A stretch of 63,947 nucleotides of DNA, the filler included, from Rhabdomonas costata (lineage: Eukaryota), in NCBI GenBank assembly GCA_019059605.1. It is 44 parts of 44 records of this genome, joined end to end, with 100 filler letters (N's around TTAATTAATTAA, not from the genome) between each part and the next. Parts side by side here need not be neighbours in the genome. Positions count along the whole stretch, not along the records: positions 62,593 to 63,947 come from JAHMHO010018403.1; 43 more parts are not named here. The stretch is one strand, 5' to 3'. The notes below the pieces were generated by a model. The model was given only the letters and a program-made list of their open reading frames with translations, did not search any database and was not told the DNA's origin. Of this stretch, positions 63,339-63,947 are shown in pieces. The position numbers were made by a program, and so were the translations under genes. How positions within the stretch are numbered: the stretch's first letter is position 1; the number at the start of each line of letters is the position of its first letter.

Positions 63339-63947
63339 GTGTGTGTGGCTTGGCTGGACATCATTTTCCAATTGCCCTCTCTTCCAACCTTCCGTTTTTC
63401 CATGGCCCCTTCCGGGTGCAGTCACTCATGAACAGGTGCTGAGGAGTGAGGCTCACTGGTGTTATCTGGATCTAGATGTCTAGATATCTAGATGTAGACC
63501 CTGCGAAAGGCAAATGAGACGGTTGTCATGGAGGCGCACGAATTGGGTGAAGGGCTATATATGGTGATATATTCACCTAAAAAAGTCACCACCGAGCACT
63601 CTAAATCAGAACATAGACATAGAAGGTAAGCAGGGGTGGTGAAAATGCTGGCTTTCACCTGATGGTGTTTATGTTTATTTTCCTACCTCTACCTCTTTCA
63701 TTGACGCGGGTCACAATTTTTTTGCCTCCCCCCGCATTCTCAGGGTCTCAACTTTTCGGTTATGACCATCCTCACCATATCCTACAACGTGTGCCTCGCG
63801 AAGGCCTCAAAATTCTCCATGAGAGTGGCTTCACAAAGAGGGGTTGCGTGAGTTTGGAATACACAAGTCGATCCAAAAAGATGGATCTCTCATTTCTTCC
63901 TTCTAAGTAATTGTTCTGTTTGATTCAGGCTCCTGCCCCCCAACCCC

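Noticed and set aside
1-63947. Spliced-leader RNA gene, rRNA, alternative genetic code
   Set aside because: No match to the Euglena SL or to rRNA motifs was seen; conserved exons contain no in-frame stops and translate normally with the standard code

Overview
This window is not contiguous DNA. It is 44 unlinked, length-sorted contigs of about 1.35 kb, joined by identical 100-nt linkers (N44-TTAATTAATTAA-N44). Most contigs start with a G/T-only run and end with an A/C-only run, and three carry the same 17-mer. This points to a whole-genome-amplified, probably single-cell, library. The DNA is from an intron-rich eukaryote, most likely a euglenid, based on GTGYG-dominated donors, a CxH..W..R.K.G..CxxC..W microdomain, HNPY motifs and many receptor-cyclase parts. 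Almost all ORFs in the supplied track are spurious; real genes appear as short GC3-rich exons between GT-AG introns. Hand splicing gave fragments of an AWS-SET H3K36-type methyltransferase, kinesin-5, SLBP, an hnRNP Q/R acidic domain, IQANK1, an MDR enoyl reductase, PIMT, an EEF2KMT-like methyltransferase, Amt, an AGC kinase, WD40, ankyrin, an exostosin-like glycosyltransferase and a cadherin/Ig-like surface protein. The most notable signal is that 6 of 44 random contigs encode prokaryote-style sensory modules (Cache-like, HAMP, PstS-like binding protein, multi-TM cyclase anchor, class III cyclase, histidine kinase). Both catalytic domains that can be inspected look like pseudoenzymes. No operon-like system, CRISPR array, rRNA or tRNA is supported, and gene neighbourhood across linkers is meaningless. 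All family assignments come from motif recognition by eye, not from database searches.
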